The notes under the pieces: generated by a model | Seen by the model: only the letters and a program-made list of their open reading frames with translations | The model's database searches: none | Told to the model about the DNA's origin: nothing | Translations under genes and position numbers: made by a program | Part shown: positions 62,545-64,000 of the stretch, piece by piece | How positions within the stretch are numbered: the stretch's first letter is position 1 | Layout: every line of letters starts with the position of its first letter | Assembly (NCBI RefSeq): GCF_004010195.1 | Contig: NC_057719.1 | Span: 34,236,807 to 34,300,806, forward strand | Reading direction: 5' to 3' | Source of the DNA: Chiloscyllium plagiosum | Taxonomy: Eukaryota | DNA length: 64,000 bases

Positions 62545-63060
62545 AGAAATCACACTTTACCAGGTTATAGTCCAACAGGTTTACAGAGGGGCCTTGATTA
62601 TCCAGCAATCAATTAACTGAATTTCGGATTAGCCGAACAAGATCGCAAAGTCCTGATGCTTGGCGAGCTATTATCCAGCATTCAATTATCCAGCATTCGA
62701 TTAACTGAACAAAATACTCCCGCCTGTGTCCTTCAGATACAGGTTCCTCTGTATTTGGAAGCACTAACTTTCAGAGAACTGCTCCTTCATCAGGTGGTTG
62801 TGGAGATCATAGGACACAAAATGTTTAGCAAAAGATTACAGTGTCATACAGTGATATATTGAATTAACCTGGATTGTTAAGCCTTTCATCTTTTAGAATA
62901 TAGGTTTCAGTTCATTAATATATATATGCTATAAATTCTGTGTCTTATGATTTCATACTCCACAACCACGTGATGAAGGAGTAATGCTCCGAAAGCTAGT
63001 TCTTTCAAATAAACTTGTTGGACTATAACATGGTGTTGTGTGATTTCTAACTTTGTCCAC
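62545..63060. mobile_element. Fold-back PLE family B insertion with two hammerhead motifs
   Basis: Minus CAC-CUGAUGA-AGGAGCAGUUCUCU-GAAA-GU-UA-GUG (~62762-62796). Plus GUGAUGA-AGGAGU-AAU-GCUCC-GAAA-GC-UA (~62970-62998). Inverted termini. Confidence 0.82.
62584..62751. mobile_element. Tc1/mariner-superfamily (pogo/Tigger-like) MITE
   Basis: TA|cagaggggcc...ggttcctctg|TA. Removing the element plus one TA restores the PLE consensus caacaggtttatttggaag. Confidence 0.8.
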
Positions 63061-64000
63061 CTCAGGCTCCTCTACTTAATTAAATATATTCAGTGACACT
63101 GCTTCCACCACTGTCTGATGAAGAGAAGTTCACAAGTTCAGAGCCCCCTGAGAGAAAAAAAATCTCCTCTATTTTAAATGAGCGACACCTTAACTTTAAA
63201 CAGTGTCCCCTGGTTCTCGTCTCTCTCACAAGGAGAACCTATATTGCAGCATCTTATCTTCAGGTCACCTCTGGATTTTACGTATTTCAATAAGATGCAA
63301 TCTTCTAAACTCCATTAGATACAGGCCCAATCTGTCCGACCATTTTTCCTAAAATAATCCTCTAATCCCAGAAATCATTTGGTAAAGTGTGATTTCTGTA
63401 TTTCACTGAACTGAACTGCTTTGAATTATTTCTTTAATATGAAGACCAAATGTTTACACAGTCCTCTTGGTATGATTCTACTAGTGCCCTGTACGAAGCT
63501 TTGTAACTTGTATTTTCCTTTACCCTTGCAATAACTTGCAATATTCCATTTGCTATCCTGATCACTTGCTGTACCTGCATATTAATGTCTTGTAATTCAT
63601 TTTGTGACCTTGTGAATTATTTGCTACGTGTTCCTGATTGTCCCAAAAGCGGCAATGATTGTAATATAATCACAAAGCCAGTGTTGGAATGTAAATCACT
63701 TGATCTCTTTCTTGCTTAAGAGATTCATATTTATCCATATTGTGAATGAACAAATCACATTTTCAATCTTTGTTTTCAAGTACAGAACAATGCATTAACA
63801 ATTCATTTTTTTTAAGGAACATTTTACACTGAGACAGGACTTTGCAATGACTTTGGATCTGTTACATCCACTTTGAAGAAAACACTGTCAATTTTGCTTG
63901 GATTTGATTCCTGAATCCTCATCTCTTTTTTTGGAAGTTACAGAAGGCTTTTATTTTTCATCAAAGAAATGAATGTATAAATATGGTGATTAAAATTCTG

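Larger units (their letters stand above)
62385..63600 (-). mobile_element. Old CR1 3' fragment split by PLE and MITE insertions
   Basis: aataggagccaggactaggccattc (tail), aaaatctcctctattttaaatg, gaagaccaaatgtttacacagtcctc. Confidence 0.65.

Overview
Vertebrate, almost certainly shark (elasmobranch), non-coding DNA: intronic or gene-desert. The taxon call rests on abundant HE1-type tRNA SINEs and HER1/CR1 LINEs. I found no host protein-coding gene, rRNA, true tRNA or CRISPR array, and every ORF with a recognisable translation is a decayed transposon fragment. The window holds a Gypsy LTR remnant, a near-full-length decayed CR1 LINE (50.4-54.4 kb), many CR1 3' fragments, a 3'-truncated L1, HE1 and two other SINE types, Harbinger-like remnants and a TA-flanked MITE. 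The most striking signal is about 20 Penelope-like (PLE) insertions from at least four families. Most carry a minimal type I hammerhead ribozyme motif (CUGANGA-helix II-GAAA, with palindromic ACGU or AGCU in place of helix III). Many are fold-back inverted repeats, and their target-site duplications cluster at about 14 bp. Also present: a telomeric array fused to a SINE 5' end, a PLE with a twin-priming-like inversion, a ~120-bp inverted repeat pair of unknown origin, and several repeat-free TAAT-rich blocks that may be conserved enhancers. All calls were made by eye; boundaries are approximate unless fixed by a TSD.
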